Shown here in pieces: positions 38,110-48,369 of a DNA stretch of 64,000 nucleotides. The position numbers and the translations under genes were made by a program. Every line of letters begins with the position of its first letter. The first letter of the stretch is position 1. Below the pieces are notes generated by a model that searched no databases, was not told the origin of the DNA, and saw nothing but the letters and a program-made list of their open reading frames with translations. The stretch is taken from positions 1 to 64,000 of IMG/VR virus record IMGVR_UViG_3300025648_000526; one strand, given 5' to 3'. The DNA is from an uncultured virus (IMG/VR IMGVR_UViG_3300025648_000526) (taxonomy: Duplodnaviria > Heunggongvirae > Uroviricota > Caudoviricetes).

Positions 38110-39192
38110 ATGAGTATTCTTGACAAGATTAAGAAAAATAGTAGTATCAAAGAAGCCGCCATTTTATCAAAGTCTAAATTTTTTACAGACAAAGATATGA
38201 TACCAACTTCGGTGCCGATTATCAATGTGGCACTATCTGGTAAATTAGATGGCGGTTTAACACCAGGTCTTACAATGTGGGCAGGCCCATCAAAACACTT
38301 TAAGACCGCATTTTCACTTTTGATGGCTAAATCTTACTTGGACAAATATCCTGATGCTGCCTTATTATTCTATGATTCAGAGTTCGGTTCCCCACAATCT
38401 TATTTCGAGTCCTTCGGCATTGATCCAAATCGTGTGCTTCATACTCCTCTTACAGATATTGAGGAATTAAAATTTGACATTATGCAACAATTATCTAATC
38501 TTGAAAGAGATGATAGATTAATTATTGTTATTGATTCTATTGGTAATCTTGCTTCAAAGAAAGAAGTTGAAGATGCACTAGAACAAAAATCTGTTGCTGA
38601 TATGTCAAGAGCAAAACAAGTTAAATCATTATTCAGAATGGTTACACCACATTTAAATCTTAAAAATATTCCAATGATTGTTGTCAATCACACATATAAA
38701 GAAATTGGTATGTTCCCTAAAGATATCGTTGGTGGTGGAACAGGTTCATATTATTCTGCTGATAATATCTTTATTCTAGGTCGTCAGCAAGAAAAAGAAG
38801 GCACGGAAGTGATTGGTTATAACTTTATTATTAATGTGGAGAAATCAAGATATGTTAAAGAAAAAAGTAAGATACCTGTTACCGTTTCGTTTGAAGGTGG
38901 CGTTAGCCGTTGGTCAGGTTTACTTGACCTTGCGCTTGAAGGCAACTTCGTTGTTAAACCTTCAAATGGTTGGTATTCGCAGGTTGATACGGAAACCGGT
39001 GTTGTGGAAGAGAAGAAATACCGTATAAAAGAAACTGACACTAAAGAATTTTGGATGCCAATTTTAACAAATAAGAAGTTCCGTGAATTTGTTGAAAACA
39101 AATATAGAGTGGCATCAGCAGAAATTATGCAAGGTGGTCATGAAAATCTTTTTGCTGAAATTAAAACAACTAACGGAGCAGATGATGATTGA
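38110..39192 (+). CDS. uvsX: RecA-like recombinase UvsX
   Basis: AGPSKHFKT, YDSEFG, IDSIGNLASKKE and DMSRAK motifs. Confidence 0.96.
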   Translation: MSILDKIKKNSSIKEAAILSKSKFFTDKDMIPTSVPIINVALSGKLDGGLTPGLTMWAGPSKHFKTAFSLLMAKSYLDKYPDAALLFYDSEFGSPQSYFESFGIDPNRVLHTPLTDIEELKFDIMQQLSNLERDDRLIIVIDSIGNLASKKEVEDALEQKSVADMSRAKQVKSLFRMVTPHLNLKNIPMIVVNHTYKEIGMFPKDIVGGGTGSYYSADNIFILGRQQEKEGTEVIGYNFIINVEKSRYVKEKSKIPVTVSFEGGVSRWSGLLDLALEGNFVVKPSNGWYSQVDTETGVVEEKKYRIKETDTKEFWMPILTNKKFREFVENKYRVASAEIMQGGHENLFAEIKTTNGADDD

Positions 39193-39508
39193 AGGCGTTG
39201 ATTACTGCTTCATCTACCCAAAAGAAGATGAAAAGTCGGTACATATAAAGTTTCTAGACGGTCCTTATAAAGATACCTTATTCAAATATGGTAAGGTTAA
39301 ATTTGAGGAAAAGAATGAGCAAATGTATTTACTTTTTGGCTACGATGTGTTAGAATCCAAGGTAGATAAACCTAGGAAGTTAGAAAAAGATGAAACATTT
39401 AAAAACTATATTGGTGATTTGCTTGTTGAAATCATGTCATCAAACATTGAGCAGGATATAACTGATGAAACTGGAACAAACGATATTAAAGAATCTGATT
39501 TACAATGA
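39182..39508 (+). CDS. Hypothetical protein between uvsX and gp41
   Basis: Overlaps both neighbours; YGKVKF and F.NYIGDLL pattern. Confidence 0.6.
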   Translation: MMIEGVDYCFIYPKEDEKSVHIKFLDGPYKDTLFKYGKVKFEEKNEQMYLLFGYDVLESKVDKPRKLEKDETFKNYIGDLLVEIMSSNIEQDITDETGTNDIKESDLQ

Positions 39509-40832
39509 AGACTACTTACGAAAAGTATTACCATTTCTAAAGGCGGAATATTTTGCTGACAAATCAGAAAAGATTCTTTTTGAAGAAACGGAAAAATTTA
39601 CTACCTCGTATAATGCCGCACCGACTATCGAGGCGCTTTCAATCGCTGTTAAGGAGAAATCAGCACTCACAGCTGAAGAAGTTGAGAAATCTGAAAATCT
39701 TCTCAGCGAGATTCGCAAAGATAGCCAAGATAAAACGGAGATACAATGGCTAATTGATAAGACTGAAAAGTTTTGTCAAGAGAAAGCCGTCTATAATGCC
39801 GTTCTAAATTCAATTACTATTCTTGACGGCAAAGATAAAACTCACGATAAAGGCGCAATACCTCAAATTCTTGCTGATGCACTATCAGTATCTTTCGACA
39901 GAAATGTTGGTCATGATTATTTGGAGAACTCCGATGAACGATTTGAATTCTATCATAGAAAAGAAGAAAGAATTCCATTTGATTTGGAATACTTTAACAA
40001 AATTACGAATGGCGGTCTACCGTCAAAGACACTCAATATTGCTTTGGCTGGAACAGGAGTCGGTAAGAGCTTGTTTATGTGCCATGTTGCTGCTTCTTGC
40101 ATGGTTCAAGGTAAGAATGTTCTTTATATCACTTTAGAAATGGCGGAAGAAAAGATTGCTGAACGAATTGATGCTAATCTTCTCAACGTAACACTAGATG
40201 ATTTGAAAGAATTACCTAAAGACATCTATGATAAGAAAGTATCCAAAGTCAGAGATATGACTACAGGCAAACTTATCATTAAAGAATATCCGACCGCTTC
40301 AGCATCTGCTATTCATTTCAGGACATTATTAAATGAACTCAATCTTAAAAGGAATTTTATTCCTGATATTATCTTTATTGATTATCTTAATATTTGTTGT
40401 TCCGCTAGAATCAAACCTGGCGCCTCAATCAACTCTTACACATATGTTAAAGCCATTGCTGAAGAATTACGTGGTCTTGCCGTAGAAACTAATGTGCCGA
40501 TTGTTTCAGCAACTCAAACGACAAGAAGTGGTTATACAAGTTCCGATCCAGGCCTTGAAGATACTTCCGAATCATTTGGTTTACCAGCAACTGCCGATTT
40601 GATGTTTGCTTTGATTGCTTCAGAAGAACTTGATGAACTTGGCCAAATTATGGTTAAACAATTAAAAAATCGATATGCTGATCCAACACATTATAAGAGA
40701 TTTACAGTTGGTATTGACCGTGCTAAAATGAAACTCTATGATATTGAACAATCTGCTCAAACAGGTCTTGCTGATGCTGGTCATGGTCATCAAAAACCAC
40801 AAACGAAGAAATTTGAAGGCTTTAAAGTATGA
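39465..40832 (+). CDS. gp41: Replicative helicase gp41
   Basis: AGTGVGKSL, ITLEMAEE, IDYLNIC, SATQTTR and QLKNRY motifs. Confidence 0.97.
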   Translation: MKLEQTILKNLIYNEDYLRKVLPFLKAEYFADKSEKILFEETEKFTTSYNAAPTIEALSIAVKEKSALTAEEVEKSENLLSEIRKDSQDKTEIQWLIDKTEKFCQEKAVYNAVLNSITILDGKDKTHDKGAIPQILADALSVSFDRNVGHDYLENSDERFEFYHRKEERIPFDLEYFNKITNGGLPSKTLNIALAGTGVGKSLFMCHVAASCMVQGKNVLYITLEMAEEKIAERIDANLLNVTLDDLKELPKDIYDKKVSKVRDMTTGKLIIKEYPTASASAIHFRTLLNELNLKRNFIPDIIFIDYLNICCSARIKPGASINSYTYVKAIAEELRGLAVETNVPIVSATQTTRSGYTSSDPGLEDTSESFGLPATADLMFALIASEELDELGQIMVKQLKNRYADPTHYKRFTVGIDRAKMKLYDIEQSAQTGLADAGHGHQKPQTKKFEGFKV

Positions 40833-41941
40833 TAAGTTTACATAGAGAAGATGCTTTACATTGTTCTAAAGTGTTCCAAGATTACTTCGATAATTTTGAG
40901 AATATAGAACAATACATGAGAGATGAAAAACTAAAGCATGTAGAAAGTATTCCATCATCTTTATTTCCGCCAGAAGATGATTTGTTTTCAGACTTTTCTA
41001 TGCATCCAAATGATATGGATATCGAAGTTTGTGAATTACCAAATGAAACATGGGAAACACTTTTGGCAATAACATCATCTCATGTTAATAAAGCACCAGT
41101 TGGCAGAAATATACAATTGGCAGTTAGAGAGAAAAACACAGGAAAGATACTAGGATTCATTCGTTTAGGTTCTCCAGTCATTTATATGAGACCAAGAAAT
41201 GAAATGCTAGGACAAGTGTTCTCGCAAACAACGGAGGGTGCTAAACTCTTTAATGACAGCAGTATTATGGGTTTTGTGATTGTTCCATCTCAACCATTTG
41301 GTTTCAATTATCTAGGTGGTAAATTACTAGCTGCCATTTGCACATCACATACCGTTAGAGAGATATGTAATAAAAAATATGGTATGAATCTGTGTCTATT
41401 TGAAACTACCAGTCTTTATGGTAGTAGTAAAGCGGTATCTCAATATGACGGTATGAAACCATTCATTCGATTTAAAGGTTTAACTGATTCGGATGTTGTA
41501 CCAATGATGCACGGTGAAAGATATAATGACTTAAAGACTTTTGTTGAAAGCAAAGTTGGTGACATATTAGAAGGTGAAGAATCATCTACTAGTAGAAAGT
41601 TAAGAACATTTACCAAGATTATTGCTATGACTAAAGCTGCATTAAAAGGAACACCAGAAGGTGATACATTCTTGAAGACGATTGAGAATGCTAAAAGTCT
41701 AACAGAAAAGAAAAGATATTTTGTTTCAGACTATGGTTTTAAGAATATGGTTGATTTTGTCAATGGCAAAGCAGATACATTAATACCTGGTGAAAACTAC
41801 GAAAAGCATGAATTAAACAATATTATTGCTTGGTGGAAGAATAAGGCATCTAATCGTTATGATACATTGAAAGCGGAAGGTCGATTAAGAACAGAACTCG
41901 AAGTTTGGACATCTGGTAAAGACATACAAATTATTAGATAA
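40829..41941 (+). CDS. DUF4338/DruA-like, Mom-like GNAT-fold protein (paralog 2)
   Basis: GRNIQLAVREKNTGKILGFI, IVPSQPFGFNYLGGKLLA, TTSLYG and SQYDGM motifs. Confidence 0.6.
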   Translation: MISLHREDALHCSKVFQDYFDNFENIEQYMRDEKLKHVESIPSSLFPPEDDLFSDFSMHPNDMDIEVCELPNETWETLLAITSSHVNKAPVGRNIQLAVREKNTGKILGFIRLGSPVIYMRPRNEMLGQVFSQTTEGAKLFNDSSIMGFVIVPSQPFGFNYLGGKLLAAICTSHTVREICNKKYGMNLCLFETTSLYGSSKAVSQYDGMKPFIRFKGLTDSDVVPMMHGERYNDLKTFVESKVGDILEGEESSTSRKLRTFTKIIAMTKAALKGTPEGDTFLKTIENAKSLTEKKRYFVSDYGFKNMVDFVNGKADTLIPGENYEKHELNNIIAWWKNKASNRYDTLKAEGRLRTELEVWTSGKDIQIIR

Positions 41942-41950
41942 ATAAGGCTT

Positions 41951-43201
41951 ATGGCAGATAAAACCACACTATCGGAATCATCTCAAGCACTCTTTTGTGC
42001 TTTGGCAGATTATGTCTTATTGACTAGCGGTAAAAAAGGTGTATCTGATTTATTTAATATTGATTTATATAAGTCATATGAGGTGTTTGCTAAATATTGG
42101 GACAGTTTATACAAAACTAAATCAATAGAATCTATTTTTCACTCGCATGTAGAATCACCTGCTATATCATATAAAGATATAGTTAAGTTTTTAAAAGAAA
42201 ATCCTGATTGGTTTATTTCTTCTGTTCTCATAGCAAAAAAACTTATAGAAGATATTGATAAAGTTATTACAAATTTTAAAGGTATAAAAAAACCTAAAGC
42301 AGCAGAAATATGGTTTGTTCGTGGTGATAAACCAGTAATGAAAAATATTGAAGAGCTTTTTAAGAAAGCTAATGAAACACAAAAAGAATTTAATAAAACA
42401 AAAGGTGCTAAAAAAGGCGCTGTCTTTGCAAACCTTAACAAATGGTCACCTGCTGATATTTACTTTGCTTCAGATTTAGCAAGAGATAATATTGAAGAGG
42501 CTGTAAAAAATAATTCTGGTAAAGATAAAAAAGGATATAGTTTTGCTGATTTAAATGTATTGATTAGTGATTTGATTGATGGTGGGCAATTACTTCCATT
42601 ATCACTAAAAAAACAAACTAAACAAGTTGTATTACAAAAAGTTAATTTTGATAGAAAACAAGAGTTAGATGAAATTAAAAAATTCTCATTTAATGGAACA
42701 AATAACTTTAAAAAGTATACACCAAAATCACCTCAACCTAGATATTTGAGTATCTATCTAGATAAAACTGATAAGAAAAAAACTATTATTATGAGGCATG
42801 ATCCATCATCAAATGCTTTCAAAGCTGAATTTGTGGTATCTGGTGGAGAAGCGAGAGGAGGCTCAGTAAGTTCATCCGATGTATTTTATTCACTATTTGC
42901 TTTAATAGATGAGCAATTTGCTAGTAAATTTTATTCAACGCTTGAAAAAGTTAAAAAAGAATTTAACAAAAAAGTTAAAGATATGGGAGAAAATCCTGGC
43001 AAATCAAACAAAAAGTTAAAAGAAGCATACGATAATATTAGAGAAGAATATAGTGCTTTAATTGTAACCAATGTTCTTATACCAGAGATAGTTAGTTTTT
43101 TAGATAAAGATAAAAATAGAAGTGACAAATTTGTTCGATTGATGTACCAATATGTCACATCTAGAACAGAAGAATCCAGTAAATTTGTAATAGCAAAATA
43201 A
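41951..43201 (+). CDS. Hypothetical protein, possible PD-(D/E)xK-like nuclease fold
   Basis: ESSQAL, KWSPADIYF and LLPLSLKK motifs; GATAAATA late-like promoter upstream. Confidence 0.45.
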   Translation: MADKTTLSESSQALFCALADYVLLTSGKKGVSDLFNIDLYKSYEVFAKYWDSLYKTKSIESIFHSHVESPAISYKDIVKFLKENPDWFISSVLIAKKLIEDIDKVITNFKGIKKPKAAEIWFVRGDKPVMKNIEELFKKANETQKEFNKTKGAKKGAVFANLNKWSPADIYFASDLARDNIEEAVKNNSGKDKKGYSFADLNVLISDLIDGGQLLPLSLKKQTKQVVLQKVNFDRKQELDEIKKFSFNGTNNFKKYTPKSPQPRYLSIYLDKTDKKKTIIMRHDPSSNAFKAEFVVSGGEARGGSVSSSDVFYSLFALIDEQFASKFYSTLEKVKKEFNKKVKDMGENPGKSNKKLKEAYDNIREEYSALIVTNVLIPEIVSFLDKDKNRSDKFVRLMYQYVTSRTEESSKFVIAK

Positions 43202-43202
43202 T

Positions 43203-43655
43203 ATGACACTAGACGATATACAACATTCAGTTTACCATGGCCAAAAAGGCGTAGAACAGGCATTTAAAATTGTCGAGGCTTATATCGAAAAGAAAAAAGA
43301 AGATTTGCCTGATGTTAGTCGAGCATTAAGAATTGCTAAAAAGAAATTAGAAGACATTCCGCCTGGCGTTATCAATCAAATTTCTGTTACAGAAAGATAT
43401 AGAGATTACTTTAAAAAGATTTTACCTGAAGGTAAGATAAATGACACTAAGGCTGAAGGCGTAAAGTTGTTAGATAGAATTAGAGAAGATTTAAATCATA
43501 GAATACTTGATGCTAAAGAACCATCAACAAAAAGAAATCGTGAATATGAAAAGAATGAGATTACTAAATTCTTCCGTAATAACTTTAGTTCCATCGTGGA
43601 TTTATTAGACCTATATAATTTACTACATGATATTAAAATAGAGATAAACAAATAA
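43203..43655 (+). CDS. Internally deleted relative of the ligase-like protein at 51711
   Basis: N- and C-terminal resemblance to 51711..52892 with no KxDG core. Confidence 0.45.
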   Translation: MTLDDIQHSVYHGQKGVEQAFKIVEAYIEKKKEDLPDVSRALRIAKKKLEDIPPGVINQISVTERYRDYFKKILPEGKINDTKAEGVKLLDRIREDLNHRILDAKEPSTKRNREYEKNEITKFFRNNFSSIVDLLDLYNLLHDIKIEINK

Positions 43656-43933
43656 TGGCATTAATTGATTTTGATAAGTTAGCAAAACAATATGAATCTG
43701 ATAATGATTATGGATTTTCAGCAGTATCAGAAGAAGAATATAATTCTGTCATAAAGAATACAGCACAAACAGCAGATGATTATAAAGCAAGATTGAATGA
43801 AGTTGAAAAAATTATTATTCCTTTCCTTACAAAACTCCATTCTACAGGCGATAAAGAATACATATATTGGCCTAACAGAACACCTATCATAGAGAAACAA
43901 ATAGAACGAATTTTAAAACTAACTAGAGATTAA
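43655..43933 (+). CDS. Conserved small hypothetical protein
   Basis: DYGFSAVSEEE, IIPFL..L and YIYWPNR pattern. Confidence 0.65.
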   Translation: MALIDFDKLAKQYESDNDYGFSAVSEEEYNSVIKNTAQTADDYKARLNEVEKIIIPFLTKLHSTGDKEYIYWPNRTPIIEKQIERILKLTRD

Positions 43934-43935
43934 TT

Positions 43936-44652
43936 ATGAGTGCTACCGTGATTATACCTATAACAGGTAATCCTGTTTGTAGGAATGCTATTGAATCTGC
44001 TTTAAATCAAACTTACCCAACAACAGTTTATGTTGTAATTGATGGTCAAGAATTTAAAGGTCCATCTAGTGTTATTGTAAGTGATTATCTTGGTAACAAA
44101 AATCTAAAAGTTTGTTATTTACCAATCAATGTTGGTGCCAATGGTTTCTATGGCCATCGAGTCTATGCTGCATTCAGTCATCTAATAGATACAGAATATG
44201 TATTATATCTTGACCAAGATGTATCATTAAAACCTAATCACGTTAAATCTTGTATCGATACTATTAAAGAAAAAGACCTAGACTGGTCATACTCATTACG
44301 AGAAATCTATGACAAAGATGGAAATTATTCATGTCGAGATGATTGTGAATCACTAGGTAAATGGCCTGTTTTTAGTGGAGATTATAATCACATAGATACT
44401 AATTGTTATTGTATCAAAACAAGTGTAGCAACAAAAATAGCATCAGCATGGCATGGCGGTTGGGGTCAAGATAGAATATTCTTTCAAGCTATGGCACAAC
44501 ACTTTCCTAAATTTGATTGCACAGGTGAGTATACAGTAAAATATCAAGTTGATGGTAATGCAGGTTCAGTAAAGAAAGAATTCTTTGAATACGGTAATAA
44601 TATTATGACAAACAAATATAATGGAGATTTCCCATGGCGCAAAAAGATTTAA
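43936..44652 (+). CDS. GT2-like glycosyltransferase
   Basis: TVIIP, AIESALNQTY, YLDQD and IDTNCY motifs. Confidence 0.85.
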   Translation: MSATVIIPITGNPVCRNAIESALNQTYPTTVYVVIDGQEFKGPSSVIVSDYLGNKNLKVCYLPINVGANGFYGHRVYAAFSHLIDTEYVLYLDQDVSLKPNHVKSCIDTIKEKDLDWSYSLREIYDKDGNYSCRDDCESLGKWPVFSGDYNHIDTNCYCIKTSVATKIASAWHGGWGQDRIFFQAMAQHFPKFDCTGEYTVKYQVDGNAGSVKKEFFEYGNNIMTNKYNGDFPWRKKI

Positions 44653-45476
44653 TCATTGGTGCATTTACAAACTATAACTACAATCAATTAAAACCTTGGT
44701 GTGAATCAATTGATAAGTGTGGTTTTACAGGCGATAAAATTTTAGTTGTTGGTAAAACTGATAATAATACAATAATAGAATTAGAAAAAAGAAACTTTAT
44801 ATTAATCCCTATGCCGGATTTAGATAATGTTCCTATTCATGTAGCAAGATTTTTAGCCATCTATGATTATCTACAAGCAACATGGACGAATTATAGATAT
44901 GTCGTAACAACAGATGTCAAAGATGTTTACTTTCAAACAAACCCAATTGATTTTATTGAAAGTGGAAACCATAAACTTGTTATTGCTTCAGAAGGATTAA
45001 AATATGAAGATGAATCTTGGGGTGATGAAAATCTCAAACAAGCATACGGTCCATATGTTTATGAATTATTCAAAGATAAAGAAATCTTTAATGTTGGAAC
45101 ATTTGGTGGTCAAGCAGAATATGTAAAAGATATGGTGTTTCATATTTTCACCAACGGAGTTAATAGACCTATTCCAATTGTCGACCAAGCAGTATTCAAT
45201 GTGTTAATCAATACACAACCATTTAAAGATATAGTTTTTAAGACAGTCGATTGGGCTTGTGAAGCCGGCACAGTTGCTGACCCTTCAAAGATTAACAGAT
45301 TTAGACCAAATTTATTATGTGATGAACCAACAGTAAAAGATGGTATCGTGTATTACAAAGATAAACCATTTGCTATTGTTCATCAATATGATAGAGTTCC
45401 ACAATGGAAAGAGTTTGTTCGTGTAACATATGGACAAGATGATGAATCACAGATGTTTGTTTACAGGACTGCATAA
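44634..45476 (+). CDS. Glycosyltransferase-like protein
   Basis: TDVKDVYFQ.NP, NVGTFGG, DQAVFN and IVHQYDR motifs. Confidence 0.7.
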   Translation: MAQKDLIIGAFTNYNYNQLKPWCESIDKCGFTGDKILVVGKTDNNTIIELEKRNFILIPMPDLDNVPIHVARFLAIYDYLQATWTNYRYVVTTDVKDVYFQTNPIDFIESGNHKLVIASEGLKYEDESWGDENLKQAYGPYVYELFKDKEIFNVGTFGGQAEYVKDMVFHIFTNGVNRPIPIVDQAVFNVLINTQPFKDIVFKTVDWACEAGTVADPSKINRFRPNLLCDEPTVKDGIVYYKDKPFAIVHQYDRVPQWKEFVRVTYGQDDESQMFVYRTA

Positions 45477-46291
45477 TGAGTAAAATTTCAATAGTAACGG
45501 CTTTCTTTGATATTGGTCGTGGTGAATGGACACCAGATAAAGGACTACCGCATTATTTGCATAGAACAACTGATACTTATCTAGAAAGATTTAGTAATCT
45601 ATGCAAATTGGAAAATGACATTACTGTTTTCACGTCAGATGATTTAAAACATAAGGTAATTGATATATGTAAAGACCGTTTAGACACAACAAAAATTATT
45701 CCAATTGATGTGAATAGTCATTTTTCTAATATGAGAGATTTAATCATTAATGTTCAAAAAGATCCTGAATTCCAAAAGAAAGTTAATCCTCAACAAGTAA
45801 GAAATCCAGAATATTGGAATCCTGATTATGTTCTTGTGACTAATCTGAAAGCATACTTTGCAAATATGGCTGTCAAATATAATTATACACAAAATGATAT
45901 GGTTGCATGGATTGATTTTGGTTATTGCCGTAGTGAAAATAATATTCCTGCTAGTAAAATATGGGAATATGATTTTGATGAAACAAAAATTCACCTATTC
46001 AATTACAAACCATATGATGATAAACCAATAGACCACGCTGTTCTTAATAATGATGTTTATATCTTGGGTGCAAAAGTGGTGGCTCATAAAGATATGTGGC
46101 AAAAAATGTCCGACCTAATGACACAATCTTTTGTTGATTTACAAGAAAAAGGTTTAGTTGATGATGACCAAGGTCTATGGCTACAGTCATATATAAATGA
46201 ACCTAAGGTATTTGAATTGCATCAGATTCCTGACCATCAGCTTGGTCACGATCCATTTGTATTGTTTAATAAATTTAATAATAAAGTTTAA
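45476..46291 (+). CDS. HtrL/YibB (WlaTC)-family glycosyltransferase-like protein
   Basis: IVTAFFDIGR, YLERF..L, AWIDFGY and DDDQ motifs. Confidence 0.8.
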   Translation: MSKISIVTAFFDIGRGEWTPDKGLPHYLHRTTDTYLERFSNLCKLENDITVFTSDDLKHKVIDICKDRLDTTKIIPIDVNSHFSNMRDLIINVQKDPEFQKKVNPQQVRNPEYWNPDYVLVTNLKAYFANMAVKYNYTQNDMVAWIDFGYCRSENNIPASKIWEYDFDETKIHLFNYKPYDDKPIDHAVLNNDVYILGAKVVAHKDMWQKMSDLMTQSFVDLQEKGLVDDDQGLWLQSYINEPKVFELHQIPDHQLGHDPFVLFNKFNNKV

Positions 46292-46292
46292 T

Positions 46293-46916
46293 ATGATTGA
46301 TAATTATGAATTGATAGAACCTGGACATTGGTTTCAAAGTAAACCTACCGGTGAAATTATGAAGTATGATACTAACTATATGCAGTATTATACTAAAATG
46401 GACTTTAGTATGTCCAAATTACGTTTTGATTTACTTTCAAAATATGTTAAGTTTGATTCTATATGTGACTTTGGTTATGGTGATGGAGCATTTCTGAAGT
46501 ATGCTCACATGAATGGTAAGAAATGTTTTGGACATGATATATCAAACTATCCTCTCCCAAATGATGTGGAGTTTGTGGCTAATGTCAAAGATGTTGAAGT
46601 TGATGTCATTACATTCTTTGATTCTATTGAACATATTCCTTCTCCAAATATCCATGAGTTTCTCGGTTCAATTAACACAAAATATGTTATGATATCATTA
46701 CCATGGATGCACGAAAGAATGGGTGCTGAATGGTTTAGAACATGGAAACACCGTAAAGAAAATGAACACTTCCATCATTTTGATTCTCATGGATTAATTA
46801 CATTGATAGACAAAGCAGGATTCATACCAATGTATATCTGTAATCATGAGGATGAAATTCGTAAACCGGTTTCATACCTTCCAAACATTTTAACTATTAT
46901 TGCAAAAAAGAGATAA
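46293..46916 (+). CDS. Class I SAM-dependent methyltransferase
   Basis: DFGYGDGAFL and FFDSIEH motifs. Confidence 0.82.
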   Translation: MIDNYELIEPGHWFQSKPTGEIMKYDTNYMQYYTKMDFSMSKLRFDLLSKYVKFDSICDFGYGDGAFLKYAHMNGKKCFGHDISNYPLPNDVEFVANVKDVEVDVITFFDSIEHIPSPNIHEFLGSINTKYVMISLPWMHERMGAEWFRTWKHRKENEHFHHFDSHGLITLIDKAGFIPMYICNHEDEIRKPVSYLPNILTIIAKKR

Positions 46917-46918
46917 TC

Positions 46919-47662
46919 ATGCAAGTATATCTTAGCTCAACTGCCAACTTAGGTGATTTTTTAAATGGCTTTCCTGTTTTGTCTGGTCTTTATAAACAAT
47001 ATGGAAAATTTGACCTCATTGTTAAAAGAGATTTGAATAAATTTAAAGGTATCAAAGAGTTTTTGAATTATCAAGATATCTTTTCTTCAGTTGAGTTTGA
47101 TAGTGATGTTTTTGTGTATGGCAGTATCATTAACCTCAGTTCTTGGACTAGAGAAGAACAAAGTAATCCAAATCGACCAATTGAAACTTGTCGTTATGAA
47201 AACTGGTTGAGAGATAACTATCCTAATTTAGAATTTGAAGTTGATGATGATGTAGAAATTAAAGTACCTGAATTAGATATTGAAATTGAAGATGCTTATT
47301 ACTGTGGTGACCGATGGGATGCACCAGGCACAGATGATAGAAGAGCAACTGCTGTTCTATCTCATTTAAAAGATTTTAAATTCTTATCGTATGAAAATTC
47401 ATTATTGACTAACGCATACATCATTAAAAATCTAAAGAAACCTTTCATTACTAATTTTACTGGTGTGGCCGTTCTTGCAGACTTATTAAATGTTTCCTCT
47501 TATGTTGTATGGAAAGCAGAAGATTGGAATCCTGAATTCAGAAAAGGTGATAATTGTTATTGGGATAATGGTAAAGATATTAATCAAGTATTTAAAAAAC
47601 ATTTCTATTTGGACCGTAAATCTAAACTAGTGCATAATAATGAATTAGAAAGTTTATTGTGA
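46919..47662 (+). CDS. GT-B (GT9-like) glycosyltransferase-like protein
   Basis: NLGDFLN..PVL N-terminus; FITNFTGVAVLA. Confidence 0.5.
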   Translation: MQVYLSSTANLGDFLNGFPVLSGLYKQYGKFDLIVKRDLNKFKGIKEFLNYQDIFSSVEFDSDVFVYGSIINLSSWTREEQSNPNRPIETCRYENWLRDNYPNLEFEVDDDVEIKVPELDIEIEDAYYCGDRWDAPGTDDRRATAVLSHLKDFKFLSYENSLLTNAYIIKNLKKPFITNFTGVAVLADLLNVSSYVVWKAEDWNPEFRKGDNCYWDNGKDINQVFKKHFYLDRKSKLVHNNELESLL

Positions 47663-48369
47663 TTATCAATATTATTGAAGGAGTGTTTGGTGGTCCACTT
47701 CGTAATGGTGATTTAATTGGTGTTGCAAATGTTATAGCACATTTAAGAAAACAAACACCAGAAATTAAGTTTCATATGAAACAAGGCTCAGTTAATTCTG
47801 CCGATTATGTGCAGAAGTTTTACCAGTTTATGTTAAAGAATACAGATTATTTTTCTACTGAACCTGGTGATAAAGAATTAGCGTGGCGAAGAGTCAATCT
47901 TTGGGATTTCCGTGATATCATTGGTGACAATGTTATTATACCAAATAATGAACCTATGCAAAAGAAGATTGTAGTTTGTCCAATCTTTGATGCTCCATAT
48001 AATGTATATCGTAATTGGCCTCGCCACGTCTTTGAGGAAATTATTGCAAAGTATTCAACGAATGAATATAAGGATTATGAAAAGGTAATTTGTGTGCATG
48101 ACCATTTTGCCAAAGCCTGTGAGTTTGAAGGCTGGAGATACTCTACCAATTTTGACCAAAATTTATACCACATTATGACTGCCGAAACATTCATTGGTGG
48201 TGACACAGGTACTAGCCATTTTGCTTGGTCGCTTGACAGAGCACCAGCAAATCTGTTATACTATAATTCTGGTCGGGGTTTAATGCATTGTTTACCATTC
48301 TATCTTTTAGAAGGCAAAGGTAAAATAGTTAAGTATTGGCTAGATTTAGAAGGAACAACATGGCAGTAA
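47659..48369 (+). CDS. GT9/heptosyltransferase-like protein
   Basis: RNGDLI, RNWP and FIGGDTGTSHFA motifs. Confidence 0.6.
   Translation: MIINIIEGVFGGPLRNGDLIGVANVIAHLRKQTPEIKFHMKQGSVNSADYVQKFYQFMLKNTDYFSTEPGDKELAWRRVNLWDFRDIIGDNVIIPNNEPMQKKIVVCPIFDAPYNVYRNWPRHVFEEIIAKYSTNEYKDYEKVICVHDHFAKACEFEGWRYSTNFDQNLYHIMTAETFIGGDTGTSHFAWSLDRAPANLLYYNSGRGLMHCLPFYLLEGKGKIVKYWLDLEGTTWQ
48233..48262 (+). promoter_or_regulatory. Internal sigma70-type promoter
   Basis: TTGACA-18 nt-TATACT with extended TG. Confidence 0.5.

Noticed and set aside
34238..40832. Introns or inteins in gp43, uvsX or gp41
   Set aside because: Lengths and motif spacing are normal, with no intein or homing endonuclease signatures.
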